From: an uncultured Gemmatimonadota bacterium
Lineage (GTDB): Bacteria > Blakebacterota > Blakebacteria > Blakebacterales > Blakebacteraceae
NCBI GenBank assembly: GCA_964576115.1
Contig: CAZNUA010000013.1
Coordinates: 1-64,000 of the forward strand
Direction of reading: 5' to 3'
Length of the DNA stretch: 64,000 bases
Shown: in pieces, positions 1 through 9,489 of the stretch
Layout: each line of letters begins with the position of its first letter
Numbering within the stretch: position 1 is the stretch's first letter
The notes under the pieces: generated by a model
Database searches by the model: none
Told to the model about the DNA's origin: nothing
What the model saw: only the letters and a program-made list of their open reading frames with translations
Position numbers and translations under genes: made by a program

Positions 1-63
1 AATCCGATCGCACTCCGGCGTAATCCGATTGCACTCCGACTCAAAACGATCGTCATCCGGCGC
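1..63 (+). repeat. Degenerate 21-bp tandem repeat (3 units)
   Basis: aatccgatcgcactccggcgt / aatccgattgcactccgactc / aaaacgatcgtcatccggcgc. Confidence 0.55.
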
Positions 64-1399
64 AACCCTCTGTTCGATCTCCCGCACGGCGAAGCGCAGT
101 TTCTTTCTGCCCTTCCTGGGAGCGCTTGTCGTCATCGCGATATCCGGATCCTCCACCCTTCAGGCCCAGGAGCGGGGAGCCGTGGTCGAGAACGGTACCA
201 TCAAGGTTTTCCTCGACGGTAACTACCGCATGCTCGGCGAGGATTTCATCCGCACCGAGATCGACTACGTGAACTGGGTGCGTGACCAGGCCGATGCCGA
301 CGTGCACCTCATCATTACCTCGCAGTCGGCCGGCAGCGGCGGTCAGGCCTACACGGTGGATTTCATCGGCATGGGGGAGTATGAGGATCGGACCGATCGG
401 CTGGTGCACACCTCGAGTCAGACCGACACCCGCGACGAGGTCCGCACCGGGGTGGTGCGGGTCATCCAGCTCGGTCTCGGTCCCTACCTGCTGCGCACAC
501 CCGCGGGGCGTAACCTGGTGCTCTCGATGGCCCGGAGCCGGGGCCGGGAAGAGAGGCCGGCCCTGCCCGAGATCGATCCATGGAATTTCTGGGTCTTCCG
601 GACCAGTCTGTCGGGCAATATCGAGGGGGAGAGCAGCCGGAAGAACCGCTCGGTCAACGGTTCCTTTTCGGCTCGCCGCATCACGGCCGACTGGAAGACC
701 GAGTTCGAACTCAACGGAGATTACCGCGAGAGCGAATATGAATTGACCGATTACACCATTCTGAATTTCAGGCACACCCTGCGTGGCGAAGCCTCGGTGA
801 TCAAGAGCCTCGGGGAGCATTTCGGGGCCGGTCTGCGTTTCAACGCCAGTTCCCAGACCAGATTGAATCAGCACCTCGATACCCGCCTCTCGCCGGCGGT
901 CGAGTACAGTTTCTACCCTTACAGTGATTTCACCCGCCGCCGGCTCACCCTGCAGTACTCCATCGGGGCTACCTGGGTCGAGTACGAGGAGAAGACTCTC
1001 TACGGCAAGATGAGCGAGATGCTCTACAATCAATCCCTGCGTCTGACTCTCTCGGTCACCCAGCCGTGGGGAAACGCCATGGGATCGATCGAGGGAGCTC
1101 ACTATTTCCACGACCTCGATCTCTATCATGTGAACGCCAACATCTGGTGCGACATCCGTCTCTTCCGGGGCTTCTCGCTCAACTTCAACGGTCGCTACGG
1201 GCAGGTGCACGACCAGCTCTATCTGGCTGCCGGTGGTGAGAGTGACGAGGATATCCTGCTGGAGATCAGGAAGCTTCAGACCAGCTTCGAGTACGAGGTC
1301 CGGTTTGGCTTCAGCTACACCTTCGGCTCGATCTTCAACGCCGCCGTGAACCCGCGTCTGTCGAGCGGCGGGGGGATGGAGCGGATGTTCCGCCGGTAA
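29..1399 (+). CDS. Hypothetical secreted/outer-membrane protein (beta-barrel-like C-terminal region); frame is open back to the window edge, so the start is uncertain
   Basis: 456-aa ORF; hydrophobic signal-like segment (FFLPFLGALVVIAISGSSTLQA); alternating aromatic strands; ends ..FGFSYTFGSIFNAAVNPR. Confidence 0.7.
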   Translation: MHSDSKRSSSGATLCSISRTAKRSFFLPFLGALVVIAISGSSTLQAQERGAVVENGTIKVFLDGNYRMLGEDFIRTEIDYVNWVRDQADADVHLIITSQSAGSGGQAYTVDFIGMGEYEDRTDRLVHTSSQTDTRDEVRTGVVRVIQLGLGPYLLRTPAGRNLVLSMARSRGREERPALPEIDPWNFWVFRTSLSGNIEGESSRKNRSVNGSFSARRITADWKTEFELNGDYRESEYELTDYTILNFRHTLRGEASVIKSLGEHFGAGLRFNASSQTRLNQHLDTRLSPAVEYSFYPYSDFTRRRLTLQYSIGATWVEYEEKTLYGKMSEMLYNQSLRLTLSVTQPWGNAMGSIEGAHYFHDLDLYHVNANIWCDIRLFRGFSLNFNGRYGQVHDQLYLAAGGESDEDILLEIRKLQTSFEYEVRFGFSYTFGSIFNAAVNPRLSSGGGMERMFRR

Positions 1400-1429
1400 C
1401 CGACCGGCAGAGAAACCGACGGGAACGTC

Positions 1430-2596
1430 GTGATGACATCACGCGAACGGCTGCTGACAGCCCTCGACGTCGGGATTCCCGACCGGCTTCCCGTCACGAC
1501 CCACCATCTGATGCCCTCCTTTCTGTCGCAGACCTGCGGCGGAATCTCTGCCCTCGATTTCTTTGACCGGTACGGCCTCGATCCCATCCTCTGGATCGCC
1601 GCCCACCGCCCCGACCAGGGGCGCGGGCACGTCTTCAGTCCCTCACAACCCGAACCGGGTTACCTCGATCCCCGCTGGATCGAATCAGAGCAGTGGCGGA
1701 TCGAGATCGAGCCGCTGTCCGACAATAGCTGTCGCACCGACCTGTTCCGCATCCATACTCCCGGCGGCCAGCTGCAAATGGCCACGCGGGCCTCACCAGA
1801 AACCGCCTGGGTTGTCGAACGTCTCGTCAAGGAAAAGGGCGATATCGATCTCATCGCCCGCTACGCTCCGGCTCCGCTCTGCGACACCGAAGCGGTGAAC
1901 GAAGCCGCTGAAGAGTTCGGCGATCAGGGTATGGTGCGCGGTACCGTGCCCGGCTTCGATATCTACGGTCAACCCGGCTGCTGGCAGGATGCGGCCGTTC
2001 TGGTGGGAACCGAGCGTCTCATCATGGAAACCTTCGACGACCCGGTCTGGGTGCGGACTCTGCTCGACATCGTGCGCGAACGCAAGCTGGCCTGGATCGC
2101 CTCGTCCGCCGGAGCCCGCTTCGACCTGCTCGAGCTGGGCGGGGGTGATGCCAGCTCGACCGTCATATCGCCCGACATCTTCGAGTCGTTCGTGGCCCCC
2201 TGGGATTGTGAACTGATCGCGGCCGCTCATGCGGTCGGGCAGCGGGTGGTCTACCACACCTGCGGGGGGATGATGCCGTTGCTCGAACTGATCGCGGCCA
2301 CCGAACCCGACGCCATGGAAACCTTTACCCCACCCTCGCTCGGCGGCGATGTCGACCTGGCCCGGGCCCGCGAGCGGCTCGGGAACCGGGTCTGCATGAT
2401 CGGCGGTTTCGACCAGGCACGGTTTTTCACCGGATGCACTCCGGCCGAAACCCGCCGCGCGGTCCGGAGCTGTTTCGAAGCCGCCGGGGCGCAGGGGGGC
2501 TACATTCTGGCGCCCTCCGATCATTTCTTCGAAGCCGAACCGGAGCTCATCGAAGCCTTTGCCGATGAAGCCCGGTCGTGTATCTATCCGGCCTGA
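1430..2596 (+). CDS. Uroporphyrinogen decarboxylase family (MtaA/CmuA-like) protein
   Basis: MTSRERLLTAL..PDRLP N-terminus, ISPDIFESF, YHTCG, GGYILAPS motifs. Confidence 0.85.
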   Translation: MMTSRERLLTALDVGIPDRLPVTTHHLMPSFLSQTCGGISALDFFDRYGLDPILWIAAHRPDQGRGHVFSPSQPEPGYLDPRWIESEQWRIEIEPLSDNSCRTDLFRIHTPGGQLQMATRASPETAWVVERLVKEKGDIDLIARYAPAPLCDTEAVNEAAEEFGDQGMVRGTVPGFDIYGQPGCWQDAAVLVGTERLIMETFDDPVWVRTLLDIVRERKLAWIASSAGARFDLLELGGGDASSTVISPDIFESFVAPWDCELIAAAHAVGQRVVYHTCGGMMPLLELIAATEPDAMETFTPPSLGGDVDLARARERLGNRVCMIGGFDQARFFTGCTPAETRRAVRSCFEAAGAQGGYILAPSDHFFEAEPELIEAFADEARSCIYPA

Positions 2597-2694
2597 TACA
2601 AAGACATTCAGAGACAGGCTCGGGCGGCCGGAGACAGAACGCCGGTCCGGCCGCAACGGGATGGTGTGAAAGGGAGGAGAACGGGATTCGACCG

Positions 2695-3393
2695 ATGAGC
2701 GGGGCGGTGCAGAGAATATTCAGCGGTATCGAGGATACCTATGAGGGGATCAATCACCTGCTCACCTTCGGGCTCGATATTCTCTGGCGCCGGCGGGCAG
2801 TGCGGCTGGCGGTTCGTGCCGGCGGGCGGCGCTGGCTCGATGTCTGTGCCGGCACCGGCGAGACCGCCTGCTACCTGAAGCGACGGGCCGGACCGGATGT
2901 CGGTGTGACGGCGGTCGATTTTTCGGCTCCGATGCTCCGGACCGCGGCCCGCAAACCCGCCGCTGCGGGGATCCACTTTACCCTGGCCGACACCGGCCGG
3001 CTCCCCTTTGCCGACGGGACATTCGACCTGGTCACCCTCTCCTTCGCCACCAGGAACCTGAAGACGGGATCGCAGGCGCTCCCGACCGTCTTCGCCGAAA
3101 TAATCCGGGCGTTGCGTCCCGGCGGCCGCTTCGTCAACCTCGAGACCAGCCAGCCCCGCCGGCGTCTGCTGCGAACTCTCTCTCGCGCCTATGTCGGTCT
3201 GGTCGTGCGGCCGGTGGGGCGGTGGATTTCGGGCTCTGATGCCGCCTATGCTTACCTGAGCAGTACTATTCCCCGCTTCCACGGAGCGGAGGAACTGGCG
3301 GCGATCCTCGGCGCGGCCGGCTTCGAAAAGGTCGAGTACCGGTCTTTGCTGGGTGGTGTGGCGGCCATCCATATCGCCCGCAAAACCTGCTGA
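2695..3393 (+). CDS. UbiE/MenG-like ubiquinone/menaquinone biosynthesis SAM methyltransferase
   Basis: YEGINHLLTFGLDILWRR, LDVCAGTGE, LPFADGTFD, AYAYLSSTI; ATG at 2695. Confidence 0.85.
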   Translation: MSGAVQRIFSGIEDTYEGINHLLTFGLDILWRRRAVRLAVRAGGRRWLDVCAGTGETACYLKRRAGPDVGVTAVDFSAPMLRTAARKPAAAGIHFTLADTGRLPFADGTFDLVTLSFATRNLKTGSQALPTVFAEIIRALRPGGRFVNLETSQPRRRLLRTLSRAYVGLVVRPVGRWISGSDAAYAYLSSTIPRFHGAEELAAILGAAGFEKVEYRSLLGGVAAIHIARKTC

Positions 3394-3506
3394 CAGGATA
3401 GGAATCGGGGAGATCGGGACCGCTGAAGGTCGGGAATACGGCGGGGAAGGAATCCACGAAGGACGAAGTCCGGGAGGGAAGAACTCGGGAAAGAAAGGGG
3501 CGGGGC

Positions 3507-4667
3507 GTGCAGTACCGGCAGCTGGGACAGACCGGCGAAGAGGTTTCGGTTCTGGGATTCGGATGTATGCGACTGCCGGTGATCGATGGTGATGAGACCT
3601 GCATCGACGAGCCGCAGGCCACACGCATGCTCGATCGGGCCCTGGAGCTGGGGGTGAACTACGTCGACACCGCCTGGCCCTACCACGGCGGCCACAGCGA
3701 ACCGTGGCTGGGGCGGGCACTGGCCGCCGGGGGACGGCGCGAGCGGGTTCTGATCGCCACCAAGCTGCCGGTCTGGGATCTGAAGCATCCCGATGACTGC
3801 GAGCGGATTTTCACCGAACAGCTCAGACGCCTGCAGACCGACCGGATCGATTGTTACCTGCTGCACAATCTCAACCGCCGCAACTGGCGCCGGGCCCGCG
3901 AGAAGGGCGCCCTCGACTTTCTCGACCGCCAGCTGGCACAGGGGAGGATCCGGTACGCCGGATTCTCTTTTCACGACGATCCCGATCTCTTTGCTGAAAT
4001 CGTCGCGGCCCGGGAGTGGTTCTTATGCCAGATCCAGCTCAACTATATGGACGAGCGCTATCAGGCGGGTACCGAAGGCATGCGTCTGGCGGCCGGGCGC
4101 GGTCTCGGGGTGATCGTGATGGAACCGCTGCGGGGGGGCAAGCTGGCGGCGTTGCCCGATGATATTCAGCGCCTTTTCGCCACCTCCGGGATCGAACGCA
4201 CCCCCGCCGCCTGGGCCCTGCGCTGGGTCTGGGATCAGCCCGAGGTATCCCTGGCTCTGAGCGGCATGGGCGCCCCGGCCGAGCTGGAAGAGAATGCGGC
4301 TACGGCTTCAGCGGCCGTGCCGGGCGCGCTGACGGCCGCCGAGTATGGGGTCATCGATCGGGTGCGCACCAGGCTGCGCGAGCGGATGCCGGTTCCCTGT
4401 ACGGTCTGCCGCTACTGCCTGCCCTGTCCCGAAGGAGTCAACATCCCCAAGATCTTCAATCTCTATAACAATGCCGCTCTGTACCAGGATGTGAAAGAGC
4501 CGGCGGGCTATTACACTATGATCATGCTCTCGTCCGAGCGGGCCGACCGGTGCGTGGAGTGCGGCACATGCGTCGAACTCTGTCCGCAGCAGATCGACAT
4601 TCCGGCCGAACTGGCCCGGGCTCACGAACTTTTCACGAAGGCCTCGCAACCGGCTGAAGGGGACTGA
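3507..4667 (+). CDS. Aldo/keto reductase with C-terminal 4Fe-4S domain
   Basis: VSVLGFGCMRLP, NYVDTAWPYH, IVMEPLRGGKL; CTVCRYCLPCP and CVECGTCVELCP. Confidence 0.9.
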   Translation: MQYRQLGQTGEEVSVLGFGCMRLPVIDGDETCIDEPQATRMLDRALELGVNYVDTAWPYHGGHSEPWLGRALAAGGRRERVLIATKLPVWDLKHPDDCERIFTEQLRRLQTDRIDCYLLHNLNRRNWRRAREKGALDFLDRQLAQGRIRYAGFSFHDDPDLFAEIVAAREWFLCQIQLNYMDERYQAGTEGMRLAAGRGLGVIVMEPLRGGKLAALPDDIQRLFATSGIERTPAAWALRWVWDQPEVSLALSGMGAPAELEENAATASAAVPGALTAAEYGVIDRVRTRLRERMPVPCTVCRYCLPCPEGVNIPKIFNLYNNAALYQDVKEPAGYYTMIMLSSERADRCVECGTCVELCPQQIDIPAELARAHELFTKASQPAEGD

Positions 4668-4711
4668 CCGTCCGGCGATCCGGGAAGCCGGAGGCAAGGA
4701 GGATTATCCGC

Positions 4712-5074
4712 ATGTCACGTTTTCTGTTCATCGCCACCCATGGAACCGACGATCCCGCCCGGGCGACCTGGCCTTTCGAGATGGCCCTGGGAGCGGTCGG
4801 GGAAGGGCACCAGGCTGCGGTTGCCCTGCTCGGTGAGGCGGTCGTGACGATGCGCGACGAGGTCGTGTCCGAACTGCACGGCTTCGGCACGCCGCCGCTG
4901 GCTGAGATCATGGCCGGGATCTCCGAGCATGCGATTCCGGTCTATGTCTGAGGCTCCTGCGCGCGGACCCGTGGGGTCTCGGAAGAGGATTTTGCAGACA
5001 AGCGGGGACTTTGGCTCAACACCGGGCTCTTCATGGAGCTGATCGACACCTACGACCGGGTGATCACCTTCTGA
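4712..5074 (+). CDS. DsrE-family selenoprotein (in-frame UGA at 4949-4951 read as Sec, U-G-S-C), 120 aa
   Basis: Frame continues after TGA: IPVYV-U-GSCARTRGVSEEDF...DRVITF*, giving a full-length DsrE-like protein with UxxC at the family CxxC position. Confidence 0.8.
4952..4990 (+). promoter_or_regulatory. Putative bacterial SECIS hairpin
   Basis: Stem GACCC(4966-4970)/GGGTC(4974-4978) with GTG loop beginning 19 nt after the UGA. Confidence 0.55.
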
Positions 5075-5168
5075 TCCGGATCCCGGTCTGGCTTTGTAAA
5101 CGGTTGTTCCACCTGTATCCGCGAGAGCATTTGGTGGTGCCCGGTAGTGATTCTGAACCAGCTGTCCG

Positions 5169-6449
5169 TCAGGCGATGATCTCGGTCCCGTCGGGCAGAG
5201 CGACACCTTTCGGGATGACGACGATACCGTCCCGTACATAGTATCCCTCGCCCTCGGTGTCTTCGGCACCGGACCGTCCCTGCAGGACGACCCGGCGTCC
5301 GAGGCGGGCATTCTTGTCGATGATGGCCCGCTCGATCCGGCTGCCTTCTCCGATTCCCAGCGGCGGATCCCCCGGCCGTTCGTTCGGATAAAAGTCGGCT
5401 CCCATCATGACCGTATCGCGGATCTCGCATGCCGAGCGGATGATCGAGCGGACTCCGATGATGCTGTGCTCCACGGTGCACTCGTGCAGGCCGCATCCAT
5501 CGGCCAGCAGAGTATCCTGCACCCGGGCGTTCCCTATCCGTACCGGCGGCAGGTAGCGCGGGTGGGTGTAAATCTGGGCGTCGCGGTGCTTGAATTTAAA
5601 GGGGGGATCGGGTTCGGCCAGGGCCAGGCTGGCCTCGTAATAACTTCCGATCGTCCCGATGTCCTCCCAATAACCGTCGAAGAGATAGGCAAAGGCGTTC
5701 CGCTTGCCGATTGCGGCGGGGATGATCTCGTGCCCGAAATCGGTCGTCCCGGGATTGGCATCAAGAGCCTCGCGCAGGGCCTGCAATTCCCAGACGTAGA
5801 TCCCCATGCTGGCCGCCCACGGTTTGACCTCCGGAGTGCTGCCCTCTGGATAGAGTTCGGTCGGAACCTCGAACCCGGCCAGTTCCTCGATCCGGTCGGG
5901 CTTCTCCACGAATCCCGCGATCCGTCCGCCGGGCTCGATCTGCATGATGCCGAGCCCGCTGAAGGCGGTGCGCTCGATCAGGTTCCCCGCCACGGTGACC
6001 TCGGCCTCCCGCTCGCGGTGCTGTGCCAGCACCTCTCTGAAATCCATGCGGTAGAGCTGGTCGCCGCTCAGGATCAGAACCCGTTCCGCTGCCCAGTCGT
6101 CGAGCCGTTCGAGGGTTTTGCGTACGGCATCGGCGGTGCCTTCGTACCAGTCGGTGCTCTCGCCCAGGGTCTGGCTGGCGGCCTGGATTTCCACAAAGCC
6201 GTCGCTCAGATGCCCGAGGGAATAGGTACTGCGGATATGCCGGTGCAGGCTGGCGGAATTGAACTGGGTCAGCACGTAGATCCGGTCGAGCCCGGCATGC
6301 AGGGCGTTACTGATCGGCACGTCCACCAGCCGGTACTTGCCCCCCAGGGGAACGGCCGGCTTGCTGCGCACCCGGGTCAGGGGAAACAGACGGGTTCCCC
6401 GCCCGCCGCCGAGAATCAGAGTCAGGATTTTCTGCACGGCCACCGGCAT
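5169..6449 (-). CDS. glgC: Glucose-1-phosphate adenylyltransferase
   Basis: ILGGGRGTRLFPLT..RSKPAVP, WYEGTADAV, SGDQLYRMD, YWEDIGT. Confidence 0.95.
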   Translation of the reverse strand: MPVAVQKILTLILGGGRGTRLFPLTRVRSKPAVPLGGKYRLVDVPISNALHAGLDRIYVLTQFNSASLHRHIRSTYSLGHLSDGFVEIQAASQTLGESTDWYEGTADAVRKTLERLDDWAAERVLILSGDQLYRMDFREVLAQHREREAEVTVAGNLIERTAFSGLGIMQIEPGGRIAGFVEKPDRIEELAGFEVPTELYPEGSTPEVKPWAASMGIYVWELQALREALDANPGTTDFGHEIIPAAIGKRNAFAYLFDGYWEDIGTIGSYYEASLALAEPDPPFKFKHRDAQIYTHPRYLPPVRIGNARVQDTLLADGCGLHECTVEHSIIGVRSIIRSACEIRDTVMMGADFYPNERPGDPPLGIGEGSRIERAIIDKNARLGRRVVLQGRSGAEDTEGEGYYVRDGIVVIPKGVALPDGTEIIA

Positions 6450-6535
6450 CCTTTTTCAGGTGAAGGGGTCTTTCGGGAAGGGTAGGTTGGGGTCCGAAGA
6501 CTGTCAATGCACCTGCCGCCGTGACGGGAGGTTCC

Positions 6536-7735
6536 ATGCGCTTCACCTTTCACAACCCGGTCAAGGTCTATTTCGGTCCCGGCGAGTTCGACCGGGCCGG
6601 CGAACTGGCCGCCCGGCTCGGGAGTCGGGCCCTGGTCGTAACGGGGCAGGGGAGCGCCGATCGGCACGGGTACCTTACCCGCCTCACCGAACGGCTCGAA
6701 GCGGCCGGTGTGGACCGGATTCACTTTCCCGGCATCGAACCCAATCCGCACCTCGAGACCTGCCAGTCGGCGGCGTGGGCCGCCCGCCGGGCCGGGTGCG
6801 ACATGGTTCTCGGCCTTGGCGGCGGATCGGTCATGGATGCCTGCAAGGCGATCGCGGCCGGCGTCTATCATCTCGAGGATCTCTGGGATTTTCACGATCA
6901 CGGTCAGGAGACCGTGCGCCGTGTGGACCGGGCCCTGCCGATCATGGTGATCCCGACTCTGGCTGCTACGGGTTCCGAGATGAACGGCAACGCGGTCATC
7001 ACCCGCTGGGCTACGCGCGAGAAGTGCGTTCTCAACTCCCCCCTGCTGGTTCCCGACCTGGCTCTGATCGACCCCGGACTCACCCTGACCGTTCCCCTCG
7101 ACTATGCCCTCGACGGCGTCTATGACATGGCGATCCACGTTATGGAGAGCTACTTCAACGGCGATCCCGAAGCCCTCCTGCAGGGTCGCATCATCGAGGG
7201 CTTCCTGCTCACCGCCCTGGCCGAAGGGACGCGGCTGTATGCCGATCCGCAGGATCTGGCGGTGCGCGGTAATGTGCAGTGGGCCAGCGCCCTGGCCCTG
7301 TCGGGTTTCTTCACTGCCGGACGGGGGGGGCCCTATCCGGTGCACAAGCTCGAGCATCCCCTCTCGGCCCATTGGGATATCAGCCACGGTCGCGGCCTGG
7401 CCCTGCTGATGCCGCGCTGGATGTGGTACGTCTGCCCTTCTGCGCCGGCGCTTTTCGCCGCCTTCGCCCGACGGGTCATGCAGGTGGCCGATTCGGGCGA
7501 TGACCTTGCCGACGCTCGGGCTGGAATCCGGGCCCTGGTCCAGTGGCAGGCGAGCGTGGACCTGCATTTCACCCTCGCCGATCTGGGACTGGAGGACGAG
7601 GCGACCCTGCAGCGGGCCGCCGCCGACTGCCTCAGGCTCTACGGTCGCAAGGGGCGGATAGACGGAATTCGTCCGCTCGAACAGGAAGATGTGCTGGCGA
7701 TCTATCGGCTCTGCGCCGACCGCGTACTTCTATAG
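6536..7735 (+). CDS. Iron-containing alcohol dehydrogenase (butanol dehydrogenase-like)
   Basis: FHNPVKVYFG, GGGSVMD, PTLAATGSE, HKLEH..SHG. Confidence 0.9.
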   Translation: MRFTFHNPVKVYFGPGEFDRAGELAARLGSRALVVTGQGSADRHGYLTRLTERLEAAGVDRIHFPGIEPNPHLETCQSAAWAARRAGCDMVLGLGGGSVMDACKAIAAGVYHLEDLWDFHDHGQETVRRVDRALPIMVIPTLAATGSEMNGNAVITRWATREKCVLNSPLLVPDLALIDPGLTLTVPLDYALDGVYDMAIHVMESYFNGDPEALLQGRIIEGFLLTALAEGTRLYADPQDLAVRGNVQWASALALSGFFTAGRGGPYPVHKLEHPLSAHWDISHGRGLALLMPRWMWYVCPSAPALFAAFARRVMQVADSGDDLADARAGIRALVQWQASVDLHFTLADLGLEDEATLQRAAADCLRLYGRKGRIDGIRPLEQEDVLAIYRLCADRVLL

Positions 7736-7737
7736 AA

Positions 7738-8718
7738 CTAGAGCTTACCCACCAGCAGGGCTTTCGCGAACCGGCCATGCAGGCGGCCGAGCCAGCGGGC
7801 CAGATGCAGGGTGACGATGATGAGCAGGGCTCCCACGGCCAGCAGGAACGGGAAGAGCCAGATATCCACATAGAGGCTCCAGCCGTCGAACCAGAAGACC
7901 GGATCGGCCACGAAGATCTGAACGATGGGAGCGGCGGCCAGCGCCAGAGCGATAGTGACACACACCATCGCGAGCGTGAAGTAGATCACTCCCAGGGGCA
8001 GCATCAGCAGCATGTACAGCAGGGTTGTCCAGGTACGCCGGTCCGACAGCCAGTATTTGATGCGGCCGGTCAGCCGGCGCGTCTCGGCCGGCAGGCGCGG
8101 TCGGCGGGGCATGCGGACTCCCAGCAGTGCTTCCACCATCCAGCCTTCCACCAACGAGATCGCCCGGGTCGAAGCCAGGAAGATCAGGATGAAGGGAATC
8201 CCGATGATGAGAATGATCAATCCGACCGAGAGACTGAGGCCGGTTATCGCCCAGGTGAAGTAGAGAATTCCGGTGATGATCGCCAGGAACATGTAGAAGA
8301 GCGAACCGTAGGCGTGCGGGTCCACCAGCACTCCGAAGAAGGGACCCAGAGTCGTGTGTTCGGGCAGAGCGTACCACGGTTTGTCCTCGGCGACTGTCCC
8401 CGTCTCGCCGACCCTTTCGCGCTTTCCGGACCTGGCGAGAACCGCGGCCGCCGCCTCCCGGCTTTCGGCGCCGGGTAGACGCGCTGTGGGGGTGCGCGGG
8501 GCGGCGGCCGCTGCCCGGTAGGCCCGGGCGATTTCCTCGGGGGTGCCGTAACGTTCGATCGTCGCGGCGAGTTCCTCGGCCAGCTCGTCGGCGGGCACTC
8601 CGGCCAGCTCGCTGCGCAGGTATTCGTCGGCGTCGTAGAGCGCGTCCTGTCTCACGGCCGGGTCGGTGCCGGCCAGTTCGCGCCGAAGGTAGTGCAGGTA
8701 TTCCTCAATCGACCGCAT
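7738..8718 (-). CDS. Membrane sensor-domain protein with N-terminal DUF1700/HAAS-like domain
   Basis: EEYLHYLRREL..DADEYL..YGTPEEIARAY, followed by several TM helices; overlaps the PadR stop. Confidence 0.75.
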   Translation of the reverse strand: MRSIEEYLHYLRRELAGTDPAVRQDALYDADEYLRSELAGVPADELAEELAATIERYGTPEEIARAYRAAAAAPRTPTARLPGAESREAAAAVLARSGKRERVGETGTVAEDKPWYALPEHTTLGPFFGVLVDPHAYGSLFYMFLAIITGILYFTWAITGLSLSVGLIILIIGIPFILIFLASTRAISLVEGWMVEALLGVRMPRRPRLPAETRRLTGRIKYWLSDRRTWTTLLYMLLMLPLGVIYFTLAMVCVTIALALAAAPIVQIFVADPVFWFDGWSLYVDIWLFPFLLAVGALLIIVTLHLARWLGRLHGRFAKALLVGKL

Positions 8719-9121
8719 CGCTGTAATCCCCCTCAAGAACCGCGTCCACGAAATTGCGGATCTCACTCCACGCCGTCCGCCACTCGGTCAGTCCCGCCCG
8801 CCCGATGGCCGTGACCTGGTAGTAGCGGCGCGGAGGGCCCGAGACCGACGGCTCCACCCGGCTGGCGAGCAGGCCGCTGCGTTCCATGGAGCGGAGCACC
8901 GGATAAAGGGTTCCCTGCTTGATCTTGGCCAGTTCGGTCGAAAGCGATTCCAGCAGTTTGGCGATTTCGTAACCGTACATCGGTCGTTCGGCCTGCTCGA
9001 GGACCGCCAGCAGGACCAGGCTGACAGTGCCGGCGTTCATCTCGCGCATGAATTTGCGCATGTACGGTGCGACCGGGTCGTCGGATCCGCCGCCGGCGAT
9101 CTGTCCCTTCTCGTCCGTCAC
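8705..9121 (-). CDS. PadR family transcriptional regulator
   Basis: MYGYEIAK, GTLYPVLRSME, GPPRRYY; GTG start after an AAGGAG RBS. Confidence 0.9.
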   Translation of the reverse strand: MTDEKGQIAGGGSDDPVAPYMRKFMREMNAGTVSLVLLAVLEQAERPMYGYEIAKLLESLSTELAKIKQGTLYPVLRSMERSGLLASRVEPSVSGPPRRYYQVTAIGRAGLTEWRTAWSEIRNFVDAVLEGDYSDAVD

Positions 9122-9178
9122 CCCTGTACTCCTTCGTTGCGCGTGCACCAGATGATACGACTCCGGTACATGCTGAGT

Positions 9179-9194
9179 TTCATAATAGTATGAA
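9179..9194. promoter_or_regulatory. Palindrome upstream of padR (candidate operator)
   Basis: TTCATA-atag-TATGAA in an AT-rich patch. Confidence 0.4.
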
Positions 9195-9489
9195 CTACAC
9201 AATAGCGAGAGCTGTCCGGAAACCCGGCCCGGTCGAGGCTGCGGGGAAAGAGGGGGAAAGAGACTGTATCCCCTCGCCCCGATTCATGTAGATTCGTCTG
9301 ATCGGGGTTGCCTGGTCGGGGGTATCCGGTCGGGGGCAGGGGGTGACGGGTAAAGGGTGCGGCACCGGTACCGTCTGTATCGGATACAGCGGGGCAGGGT
9401 CAGCGTGGCGGGGTCAGCGGGGTGCATGGTAATCGGGGTCGGCAATCGGCCTCGCCGGCACCGGGACATGACGGTTGAGAGAGGTATTG

